A stretch of 45,334 nucleotides of DNA from a virus. Lineage: Duplodnaviria; Caudoviricetes. Below are positions 34,157 through 43,060 of the stretch, piece after piece. The DNA is taken from positions 1 to 45,334 of IMG/VR virus record IMGVR_UViG_3300022699_000354. One strand, given 5' to 3'. How positions within the stretch are numbered: position 1 is the first letter of the stretch; every line of letters starts with the position of its first letter. The notes below the pieces were generated by a model that saw nothing but the letters and a program-made list of their open reading frames with translations, searched no databases and was not told where the DNA came from. Made by a program: the position numbers and the translations under genes.

Positions 34157-36757
34157 TTAAATGTTTTTTTCGAGCCGGTTTAAAACGAGCCCTCCATTTT
34201 TTGTCTTTCGAAGGATATATCTCTTGTCTTTGACGTCAAACGTTTTCGGGTATTCCGATTCTTCTACCGGTTTAGATACCTGCGAACGGGACATTTGCCA
34301 AATATCAGAATCGGGATTCTCCCTTTTAAAATACCAGAGCTCAGGCATTTTATTTTCCTCTCCCCGGAATTCAATTTTCTTCCAATTTTCCGAATCTTCG
34401 AGTATTAAAACCTCCCCGTAATCGATCGCGCGAATATATGCAGGGGTCTCTTTTGTACTGTTCCACTCGGTACCGGGCTCGAGGTACTCTGTCCCCTCCC
34501 TTCCTTTTTCCATATACCCGGAAGCTTCCGGCTCTTCCTCGATACCTGCCAACTTCTCATTATCAAGAGGTGATTCCTGAAATGAAAGGTTAAAGAACTT
34601 ACCGTCCTTTTGTATTCTTACATACCATATTTCCTCGGTCGGTCCGGTACGTACCTGTACAGGTCCCCGAAACCATTTCTTTTGTAAAACGAATTCGGGA
34701 GAAGCTTCCGCTTCATTGATAATAGAAAAATCGAAATCCATTACCTCGGTTAATTTTTTTCTTAATTCAAGCGCTTTGTCTCCGGTATGATTCCAATATT
34801 GAAGATTAACCGGAACCTCTTCGCGTATCACTTCCGGAAGGGCGCTTATACCTTGCGGGGGAATCCAGCCTTCCTCTATAGCTCCCTTCGACAAAACATA
34901 AGGGGTCTGGTCCTCCGGTTGCATTGCGACCCAATATGCAGAGGTTCGGGGCTCCTCTTCGGGGGTTCCGGGAGGAAGAACTGAACGGCGCTCCTGTTCC
35001 TCTTCTCTTTCAAGTAATCGAAATGCAATACGCCCCTGAAGTTTACCTCCGCTCAAAAAATATTCATGGAACCAAGACTTTTGAGCCCCCCACTCGACGC
35101 GCCCTTCATCAATAATATGAAATACCCCGGGATACTCTTCGGTCGCTCCGATCTCTCCGGGTTCGGTAACGCCTTCAAAGTTCAACCATTCAAGAGGACC
35201 TTTCTTTTTTTGAATAGCTCTAAGATTCGCGTCTATTATATCGCCTTCCTCTGTCTCTCTTTTTTTAAACTCCCCCTTTTCCCAATCAATTTTAAATATA
35301 TCTTTCGAATAGAGTTTTCTTGCGTCCGGGACATTCTCCGGAACCTCTTCGACTTCTCCGGCTATCTGGTCTGAAATAGTCCAGCCGATAAAGAAATCTT
35401 CGGTTTCAAATCTCAAATCAGTATGAACGCTTTTACCGCGCCAATGATGCTGAGCTGTATACTTCCATTTTCGAGACTCTTCGGGATACATCATATAAGG
35501 GTTATTCTGCTCGTATATATTCGTATTTTCCGGAGGAAAATCTCTTTTGTTTTCGTAAAACTTTTCCATAAATCCGGGCTTGTCCGTCTCTCGAAATTCT
35601 GGATTTTCTCTCGGTATAAGAGCAAGGTCAAAGACCGGTAAATATCTCCAATTAGGACCCTCCGGAGATAATACCAAATCTGGTTTCAAATCAGAAAATA
35701 ATTTCCGTGATAGTCTGTCCAGCTTTAGGCTCTCTCCGGTACCGAATCGGTTATCCCGTATAATCCATTCTATATCATTCGGAGCCCTTCCGGGAGAAAA
35801 AGCGATAGACCCGGATATCGATATATATTCGGGCCTCAAAACAATTGGTCCGATATCTTGTATCTCAAGAAATTTTTCTTTAAGCTTTCCGTCAAAAACT
35901 CCCTCGCTTACATTTTCATGCTTTTCTTTTAGAACTTCTGTAACAGCCTTCTCAATCCAGCCGGGAAGATTCGACCAAAACCCCTCCCAATCGTCCTCGC
36001 CGTACCATGTATCCCCTGCTACACAAATACGGATTCGTCCGGCGTTTCCCTCTTCGGCCTTTGAGAATACGTCGTCAAACCTATTCAGGAAACCGGCGAG
36101 CTTCTCGCCGAGATAATCGTTCTCTTCGTCTTCAAATCGGATCATAACAAAAGCGAATCTTCCGTCTCCGTGCCCCTCGCAAGAAGACCGAACCTCTATA
36201 CCGGATATATCATTCAAGGACTCTAACCACTCGACTTTCAAATTTTTATCCACTCTGTATCCGTTCCATTCTTTATTCTCATGTTCGGTACGACCTGATA
36301 TCCATTCTTCAGGTTCTTTTCCGGTTACTGTTATATATGCAAATGTCGGAGCATTTCTTCCCCCCTCAGCTTCTTTAACTTTTTTCTCAATTATATTCTC
36401 TCTTTTTTCGTTCCACTCTTCGACCTTGTCTTCAGGGGGGGGGTCAGAATCCATATATTCTCTCGACTTCCTGTACAATTGCCAATAGGGAGAGTCGTAT
36501 TTTTCCTCCCCTTTCTTCGGAGGCATAACAGGAAAATATACGCTTCTAAGAGCGTCAACTACTTTCGCAAAATATTTAATCACGTCGGCCCGTACCCAAT
36601 CCCCCCATTTTTCGCCTTTATTTAAAGTCGGCCAAGCCGAGTTGCCAAGATATCTTAGGTCGGAGAGAAGGTTCTGCCAGCGTTCCTCGGGATTCTGTAT
36701 ATCATAATCAATACCTTTTTTCTGAAAACGTTCAAGGTTTAGTTCCTGCATAATCAC
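34157..36757 (-). CDS. Multidomain head-module protein with LigD 3'-phosphoesterase-like domains, an NTase-like motif and an SSCEGH domain
   Basis: AQHHWRGKSVHTDLRFE...IGWTI...WLNFEGV...IIDEG; second copy FVLQKKW...AIDYG; ISGS...NDIEWII; VRSSCEGH. Confidence 0.65.
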   Translation of the reverse strand: MIMQELNLERFQKKGIDYDIQNPEERWQNLLSDLRYLGNSAWPTLNKGEKWGDWVRADVIKYFAKVVDALRSVYFPVMPPKKGEEKYDSPYWQLYRKSREYMDSDPPPEDKVEEWNEKRENIIEKKVKEAEGGRNAPTFAYITVTGKEPEEWISGRTEHENKEWNGYRVDKNLKVEWLESLNDISGIEVRSSCEGHGDGRFAFVMIRFEDEENDYLGEKLAGFLNRFDDVFSKAEEGNAGRIRICVAGDTWYGEDDWEGFWSNLPGWIEKAVTEVLKEKHENVSEGVFDGKLKEKFLEIQDIGPIVLRPEYISISGSIAFSPGRAPNDIEWIIRDNRFGTGESLKLDRLSRKLFSDLKPDLVLSPEGPNWRYLPVFDLALIPRENPEFRETDKPGFMEKFYENKRDFPPENTNIYEQNNPYMMYPEESRKWKYTAQHHWRGKSVHTDLRFETEDFFIGWTISDQIAGEVEEVPENVPDARKLYSKDIFKIDWEKGEFKKRETEEGDIIDANLRAIQKKKGPLEWLNFEGVTEPGEIGATEEYPGVFHIIDEGRVEWGAQKSWFHEYFLSGGKLQGRIAFRLLEREEEQERRSVLPPGTPEEEPRTSAYWVAMQPEDQTPYVLSKGAIEEGWIPPQGISALPEVIREEVPVNLQYWNHTGDKALELRKKLTEVMDFDFSIINEAEASPEFVLQKKWFRGPVQVRTGPTEEIWYVRIQKDGKFFNLSFQESPLDNEKLAGIEEEPEASGYMEKGREGTEYLEPGTEWNSTKETPAYIRAIDYGEVLILEDSENWKKIEFRGEENKMPELWYFKRENPDSDIWQMSRSQVSKPVEESEYPKTFDVKDKRYILRKTKNGGLVLNRLEKNI

Positions 36758-37026
36758 GCCTCCTTTAAATTTAGCTCGTTTAGAAGTAAATCGGATATTT
36801 TTTCAGCTTCTGAGTTCGGGAGACCAAGGTCCCTCTGTATTTCGTTTCGTACATTAATAGTAAAAAGTATCGGTTCATTTTCCGCCTTTATTTTAGCTAT
36901 ACTTGTAATGATATCCCCCTCTTCTCGTTCCTCTGTTTTTATAGCATTTATAAAGCCCTTCGACAAAAACTCTCGTACACGGGTTAATACATCTTCGCTC
37001 AAATCTATGTTTTCAAATTCACTCAT
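36754..37026 (-). CDS. Small acidic hypothetical protein after MuF
   Basis: ATGA-coupled to the MuF gene. Confidence 0.65.
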   Translation of the reverse strand: MSEFENIDLSEDVLTRVREFLSKGFINAIKTEEREEGDIITSIAKIKAENEPILFTINVRNEIQRDLGLPNSEAEKISDLLLNELNLKEA

Positions 37027-38378
37027 AACATAATCCTCTCGAATAATTCCATTGCCTCGGGTTCTTTATATTTTAGATACAGTCTGTTTTCGGGACCCGA
37101 GAAATAAAAACCATATGTTTCGGCGAAATGTTCCTCCCATTTTATTGTTGCGTAAGGGGATATTGCGTCTTTAGCTTCTATACTCTTAAATCCAACATCT
37201 GCCCAACGTTTATTAAAGTAGTCAATCCAAGCGAGACGGTCCCTTTCATTAAGGACATCTTTTACTACACTATGTCCGATTTCATGGCAAACCGTCCGAG
37301 CTTGTTTTAAAGGGTCAAGATTATACCGTCTCCAATTATCAACATTAAAACCTATATTCTGTTTAAAATTTTTATCGGGAACCTCAGGCCAATAAACACC
37401 GAGAGCGTTTCCCTGCGGAGGGGCATACCCCCCCTTGCGTGCAACTTCGCTCATTCTTCTTGTATTCCCGTATGTAAACCTTTCAACGTTTTGAATATGT
37501 CCATCGGGAACCTCTTTTGTTGCTTTCCGAAATTGGTCGAGTTGTTTGTCATTCGCTTCAAATTCAGGCTCCGGAGGCGTCGGATTTTCGACCTCAGGTA
37601 TCCAAGGTATTTTTGTACATTGACAGTTCGGGTGTATTGGAACGTCGGGGCCCTCCCCCGGCTTAAACCTCTCCCCTATAAACGGGGTACACTTATCGCA
37701 AGCATCAGGAGCGACATCAAGTTCAAACATTATGTTCGGGACGTCGGCCCGAGCCTGCTGTAATCGAATATCGGTACCGATTGACTGCGCCCTTGCTATC
37801 TCTGTACGGGATATCAACTCGGCCCGGTATGCTATAGAAAAATTTCTCCGTCCGGGAATATAAACTTCTGAAGGCGGAAGCCCTCTAAGGATATCTTCAA
37901 TCCCGGACATAGTATCAGTTACAGACCGACCGGCAAGCAAATCAAGATTAACCTTATTGGTTATCATGTTTATTGAATCTTTCCGGAGACCGGTTATCAG
38001 CTCTCCGGTAACCCCCTGAGTTGCATATAACTGTTTCATAGAAAGAGTCGGATAGCTAATATCAAAACCCGTCGTAGTATTTATCGTTTCGTCAATAAGT
38101 GAAGCGCCGTTCTGGAATGCTTTTCCCTGACCTATAACTATTTCATTCTCGAAGTTATCTATTATTTTAGGGAAATCATTCTTGATTCTTTCCCTAAATA
38201 CAGAATAAAATTGAGACTCATAGGGGCCGGAGGAAGTTAGGATATTTTCAACTTTCGAATTAAGCCTATCAACCATTGAAGATGCTTTGTCTATAAAGGA
38301 TTTATCGAGATTCCTGTAATCGCGTACTAAATTCCTTATCTTATCCTGATATACAGCTTTCCTTAAACCCTCGGACAT
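37023..38378 (-). CDS. MuF/SPP1 gp7-like minor head protein with C-terminal zincin metallopeptidase domain
   Basis: RAELISRTEIARA, CDKC, PIHPNCQC; C-terminal CHEIGH...SPYA...EHFAETY. Confidence 0.88.
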   Translation of the reverse strand: MSEGLRKAVYQDKIRNLVRDYRNLDKSFIDKASSMVDRLNSKVENILTSSGPYESQFYSVFRERIKNDFPKIIDNFENEIVIGQGKAFQNGASLIDETINTTTGFDISYPTLSMKQLYATQGVTGELITGLRKDSINMITNKVNLDLLAGRSVTDTMSGIEDILRGLPPSEVYIPGRRNFSIAYRAELISRTEIARAQSIGTDIRLQQARADVPNIMFELDVAPDACDKCTPFIGERFKPGEGPDVPIHPNCQCTKIPWIPEVENPTPPEPEFEANDKQLDQFRKATKEVPDGHIQNVERFTYGNTRRMSEVARKGGYAPPQGNALGVYWPEVPDKNFKQNIGFNVDNWRRYNLDPLKQARTVCHEIGHSVVKDVLNERDRLAWIDYFNKRWADVGFKSIEAKDAISPYATIKWEEHFAETYGFYFSGPENRLYLKYKEPEAMELFERIML

Positions 38379-39802
38379 TATGCTCCCTCTTCTTTATCTG
38401 CTTTGTTTACGAGGGACTCGTATCTTCTAATGGTCTCCCCGAGTTTTTGATAATCGTCCTCGACAACCTTATCCCGGAGTTGCTTTAAATCCTCCGCCCC
38501 GTCGAACTCGAAACCGGCCCGATTGAGAAACTGGTTTAGTATTTTTATAGACCGTTCCCGGGTCAAGAGTTCACGGTCGACCGCAACCGAAAGCGACTGT
38601 ACCAGCTTAGACAAGGCCCCGTAGAGTTTGTCGTAATTTCGTATAGCAAGCTCCGGAAGCTCGACAGATATATCTATCTTTTTTCCGCGTTCAATCATAC
38701 CGCGTAACTGAGCCTGTTTCGCTTGGAATAAAAGAATAAACTCAACTATACCTTTTATCTCAAGCTGTCTGTTCTCCAATACCTTCAGGGTCGGATCTCC
38801 CTGAGCGAGAGCGGTTGCTCTTGTCGTTTCGCTTCCGGAAGCGAAGTAATATTCGGGGAATCCCATTCCCGACAAAATGATATTTCTTATATGTCTTGCC
38901 TCTTCGATATTCTCCCGCGACTTAAGATCGGGTGTCATTGCTCCCCACTTCTCCCGGTCCGAATGTACCAGAAATGAACCAGATTCGGGAGGGTCCGTCT
39001 CAAGTTCTTTTTTTCTGTTATTGATTTGCTTGGGAGAACCCTCTTCGATCTCGACATCCCATAAAAAAGACTGAAGAAATTTTGACCTCTCGACAAAATC
39101 AAAAACTATATTCTCGTACGCGTCGAGCCAATCTTCGAGACATAGAAGGTCGGAGTACCCGCGAGACGTAATAGACAAATCATTTACCGAAAAATAAAAA
39201 CAATAATTCTTCTCTCCGTCTGTATTTATTTCTATGTCTGATAAAGGGTCCTGTATAATTTCGTATACTTTTTTGTTCGTACTTGAACCCGCCTTTACTA
39301 CAACCTCGACCCTCTCTTCAGAATTTTCACTGGACGTTCTTACCTTTTCTATATTCATTGGATTAACGCTTCCGAGCTTTACTCTCCCGGTAGAATTGTT
39401 TATAAAAACAGGATATACCTGTTCTCCCCACAAAGCGAGTTCGAGTACGCGCCGACCCTGTTTCCTCTTCCAATCATTAACGCGGTCGTTCCAGTGATTC
39501 AAAATAACCTCCCGGGTTTCCTTGTCGGAAGATGTCCATTTTATACCATTCCCGACTACAAACACTTTTTGATATTCCAGCATACGCCGGGCAAGCGGAG
39601 AGGAAAAATACAAATACCTTGCAAGTTCTAAATGTCTTCTATGAGTAACCGGAGACAGGTCTCCCTCCTTCCGGTCGCTTAGTTTTTTCCACCTTCTACC
39701 GTCCGCCTTGTCCCCCGACGAGGCCTTTTTCACTTCCTCAGTAATCCTATCATTGATATAATCACCTGCAACTTTTTCAGCGAGCCAACTTCGAATGGAC
39801 AT
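38378..39802 (-). CDS. Portal protein
   Basis: Follows the terminase; SPLARR...FVVGNG, LWGE, RGYSDL, GMGFPEYY. Confidence 0.85.
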   Translation of the reverse strand: MSIRSWLAEKVAGDYINDRITEEVKKASSGDKADGRRWKKLSDRKEGDLSPVTHRRHLELARYLYFSSPLARRMLEYQKVFVVGNGIKWTSSDKETREVILNHWNDRVNDWKRKQGRRVLELALWGEQVYPVFINNSTGRVKLGSVNPMNIEKVRTSSENSEERVEVVVKAGSSTNKKVYEIIQDPLSDIEINTDGEKNYCFYFSVNDLSITSRGYSDLLCLEDWLDAYENIVFDFVERSKFLQSFLWDVEIEEGSPKQINNRKKELETDPPESGSFLVHSDREKWGAMTPDLKSRENIEEARHIRNIILSGMGFPEYYFASGSETTRATALAQGDPTLKVLENRQLEIKGIVEFILLFQAKQAQLRGMIERGKKIDISVELPELAIRNYDKLYGALSKLVQSLSVAVDRELLTRERSIKILNQFLNRAGFEFDGAEDLKQLRDKVVEDDYQKLGETIRRYESLVNKADKEEGA

Positions 39803-39812
39803 AATTTCTCCC

Positions 39813-41504
39813 TTATCTAAAAATTCTTTTATTACCTCTGCTAAATAAACGCTTCTTACCTCTTATGTTTCCCATTACTGAACCGCCGATTCCGTCGTCG
39901 TGAAAACTGTCCCCGTCAAAATCTTTTTTCTTCTCGGACGTATGGGCAACAGCAGAAAAGTTTTCCTCTCCGTATCCCCTATCTTTTGCAGACCAGTAAA
40001 CAGAACCGGCGACCGCGTCTGAAACGTCTTTCGAGAACATAGGGGGGTGGTCTACTTTTTTACCGGCTATCAACTCCAAATGCTCAAGCTCAGTCATGAG
40101 GACCTCATGAGGATACATACTTACATTTTCAGTATAGAACCAGTCCTTCAGGGTGTCGTATACTTTCAGGTCCCTATCGATAGATAAATATTCAGTATTA
40201 ATACCGGCCCGGGAAAGATTCTGTCTTATCTGAGCTGACTGGAATCCGTCGAATGAAGCGCGTCGTATCCCGAACCGTCTTTGTTTTTTTAGGTAAATAA
40301 TCATATCCTCAATCGCGGTAATCTGTACTTCTCTTCCCTTCTTGGGTTTTATTTGTAAAATGAGGTCAATCCAAATCAGATTTTGAGCTTCCCTATGAGA
40401 CATACATAATCCGCACGCGTCCCGTGATAATCCTATATCAACATGAATGTTGTACTTCTTGCTTGGACGTCCGACAAATCCGGGGTCTGTAATTTGTCCT
40501 CCCTGCTTTACCGGAGGCTTTCGTTTCGGCTCTATACAATTTCGGATACGGTCAAATTCCTTGAAGTACGGTTCAAGCGAAAGAGAGGGGCGGGCCCCGT
40601 AAATCCTCCAAGCCTTGGACGGGTCTTTATTGAAATGCTTCTCATAGTTCTTTGGTATCTCCTCCCCGTCCAGTATGAATGTTTCCTTTGAAAGAAGTTC
40701 GTCCGGCTTCGCCTCCCAAACTGCTCTATGTCGACAAAGAACCTTCGGGTCGTTCTGTCCCTCCCTTAACTTGCGAGTAATAAAATCGTTCTTATGCTTC
40801 GGATATGATATGTAAACCATTTTAGGCCCAAACGCAATACCCGGCTTGGTAAAACGGGAATCCTGCTGAGACTTCAATTCGTCCCTGATATCCTCGGCCC
40901 GGTCCTCAAATTTAGTCGACTTGTAAAACGCGCATTCGTCCATTATCCCAAGTATTACCGTAAACCCGAGAGATGTCTCCGAGCGGGAGTTCCCCGGTAT
41001 TACAAGTACGTCCTTAGGAAACCGAAGCTCAGTTGTAACCCGGGAATCAGGGCTCGCGTATTCATTAAACCATGTAGAGTTTTTTATGATATCTTTTGTT
41101 TTTTTAAAGACAACCTTTTTCGCCTGCTTTGCAGTTGTCGACATATTTACAATTGCTATCGTATCTCCGGGAGCAAGGCCGAAATGTTTCTGGGGATCCT
41201 TAAGGCATAAAAGCAAATAGGACATATACGCGCTTATCAATCCCGCTTTATGAGATTTACCTGAACCCTTGCCCTCGCAAAAAACCGCCTCATTATAAAT
41301 GTCCTCGCCGTCCTCGTTCTTAGAGAACAGACAGGCAACGTCTTCTTTTACGTTCGGCCAAGCCTCTTTATCAAACCCAAGGTAGTCGTCGCTCTCAATA
41401 AAAGTTAACGGGTCGACCGGAAACTCCTCCCAGAGGTCCGGGTGTTGTCGCTCAGCAAAAAGACGACGCTTCTCCGGTATCGATAATTTGCTTACGTCTA
41501 CCAT
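39813..41504 (-). CDS. terL: Terminase large subunit
   Basis: GKGSGKS Walker A, GIMDE Walker B, HVDIG...D, FDGFQS, KVDHP...SKDVSDAVAG nuclease motifs. Confidence 0.93.
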   Translation of the reverse strand: MVDVSKLSIPEKRRLFAERQHPDLWEEFPVDPLTFIESDDYLGFDKEAWPNVKEDVACLFSKNEDGEDIYNEAVFCEGKGSGKSHKAGLISAYMSYLLLCLKDPQKHFGLAPGDTIAIVNMSTTAKQAKKVVFKKTKDIIKNSTWFNEYASPDSRVTTELRFPKDVLVIPGNSRSETSLGFTVILGIMDECAFYKSTKFEDRAEDIRDELKSQQDSRFTKPGIAFGPKMVYISYPKHKNDFITRKLREGQNDPKVLCRHRAVWEAKPDELLSKETFILDGEEIPKNYEKHFNKDPSKAWRIYGARPSLSLEPYFKEFDRIRNCIEPKRKPPVKQGGQITDPGFVGRPSKKYNIHVDIGLSRDACGLCMSHREAQNLIWIDLILQIKPKKGREVQITAIEDMIIYLKKQRRFGIRRASFDGFQSAQIRQNLSRAGINTEYLSIDRDLKVYDTLKDWFYTENVSMYPHEVLMTELEHLELIAGKKVDHPPMFSKDVSDAVAGSVYWSAKDRGYGEENFSAVAHTSEKKKDFDGDSFHDDGIGGSVMGNIRGKKRLFSRGNKRIFR

Positions 41505-41989
41505 TATTTATAATCACCTTTTCCAAGAGCGAAATAATCAGCGAACATCTCGTCTTCACCTCGCGTGATCGTCCCGGATTCAGATATATACCTCATGTCT
41601 TCCGGGCCGTACTGTATACGGGAGGAAAAACCAAGGCTTCTCTTTATCCAGCGAAGAAACGGATTCCAGTAATAAAATTTCTGAAGACGAACAAACAGTC
41701 TGTGGTTTTCTTTTATCTCCCGAACCTTCTTAACAGCGAGGGCTTCGTCTTCAAACCAAATCTCGCTAAAAATTATATGTCCTATCTCATGTCGAAGCGA
41801 TAGCTCAACGAAATAGGATAGGTCTTTTGAAGCGGGAGCATAAATATAATAAACCCTCTTACCCTCTTCATATGCAAGGCGAAAAAAGAATCCCTGTCCC
41901 CGGGAGTCCTTAATCTCAATATCAGCGTTAACAAAATTAAATCCATTCACTTCAAAAACGCACAATACGAACTCTTTTTTATCGTTCAT
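41504..41989 (-). CDS. Zincin-like metallopeptidase
   Basis: LRHEIGHII...DEMFADYFA. Confidence 0.7.
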   Translation of the reverse strand: MNDKKEFVLCVFEVNGFNFVNADIEIKDSRGQGFFFRLAYEEGKRVYYIYAPASKDLSYFVELSLRHEIGHIIFSEIWFEDEALAVKKVREIKENHRLFVRLQKFYYWNPFLRWIKRSLGFSSRIQYGPEDMRYISESGTITRGEDEMFADYFALGKGDYK

Positions 41990-42459
41990 TTTAAAGCCCC
42001 CTCTGGATACCAATCCGGAACAGCGCCCCCGGCTTTTGAAAACATATCGCTCAGGGCCGGAGCCTTCTGTTTTATTAACATATATATAACACCGGAGAAG
42101 GCAAGCAAGATCAACCCGACCACTCCGAGAACAAGGAAGGTCGAATTCTGTACGGACTTAACAGAGCTTTCCATCTTCTCTATTGACTCAGCCCGCAAAG
42201 CGACTCCCTGCTGAATCTGGTTGTTTGTCTTTCGTACAAGCGTATTCGTTTCCTGTATCTGCTTTGTATTCTCCGTTATGATATTATGGTTTCCCTTTAC
42301 GTCTTTACGCGTTTCGAGCGTCTCTTTACTTAACACCTCGAGAGCGTCCTTTATCCCCTGAGACTTACAGCCGGAAAAAGCAAAAATAACAAATACCAAA
42401 ATAGAAATAAGAACAATGATTATGATATACTCAAGAAGGTTTTCTTTTGCCTCTTTCAT
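41986..42459 (-). CDS. Lipoprotein with C-terminal TM helix (unimolecular spanin architecture)
   Basis: Hydrophobic signal plus lipobox FSGC, coiled-coil middle, TM FLVLGVVGLILLAFSGVIYMLI. Confidence 0.6.
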   Translation of the reverse strand: MKEAKENLLEYIIIIVLISILVFVIFAFSGCKSQGIKDALEVLSKETLETRKDVKGNHNIITENTKQIQETNTLVRKTNNQIQQGVALRAESIEKMESSVKSVQNSTFLVLGVVGLILLAFSGVIYMLIKQKAPALSDMFSKAGGAVPDWYPEGALK

Positions 42460-42851
42460 TCGGAGTCCTTTCGATTAAGAAATCGCTCGCTCATATATAA
42501 TATTATTTTTTCAGATAGACAGCCCGTTATTTCCTCTATGTTAACGACAGACCAGCCTTCAGGAAAAAACTCCCTTTTAAACGTACACTTGTTCCGGCTC
42601 TCTTCAAGCTCCCTCTGGATTATCCCGCTTATATCGTTCTGAACATACCCGTCGCCGAACCGATTTAAAAACGCCTCGACGCCCTCCGGGGTTATCTCTC
42701 CGAGTTGCTCCGAAGAAATCCTCCTGGAATTTTTTCCAACCGTCGGGGACGAAGGGTCCGGGCCGTCCCCGAAATCAATTACAACTATAAAGCATACCGT
42801 GAGTACCAGAAGCCAAAAGAAGATACAACCTATCATTATATATACACTCAT
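42456..42851 (-). CDS. Membrane-anchored hypothetical protein
   Basis: N-terminal TM helix followed by a Pro/Ser linker. Confidence 0.6.
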   Translation of the reverse strand: MSVYIMIGCIFFWLLVLTVCFIVVIDFGDGPDPSSPTVGKNSRRISSEQLGEITPEGVEAFLNRFGDGYVQNDISGIIQRELEESRNKCTFKREFFPEGWSVVNIEEITGCLSEKIILYMSERFLNRKDSE

Positions 42852-43060
42852 TTCCTTACCGCCTTCCTTCTTATACCGGGCCCCCTCTTTAATACAGATA
42901 TCTTTCCCCGACGGGTAATCATATATTCAGTTCCGCAACCGGGACATTTCGCGCGACTCCCTCCTATATATATAATTACCGGAGATGGTAACATTCCCGG
43001 TCTACACTCGCGACATTTAATACCGGTCCGCTCCCCGGGGTTCATTTTGTTTGTATCCAT
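42848..43060 (-). CDS. Small Zn-ribbon protein
   Basis: CREC...CPGC; TAATG coupling at 43060. Confidence 0.65.
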   Translation of the reverse strand: MDTNKMNPGERTGIKCRECRPGMLPSPVIIYIGGSRAKCPGCGTEYMITRRGKISVLKRGPGIRRKAVRK

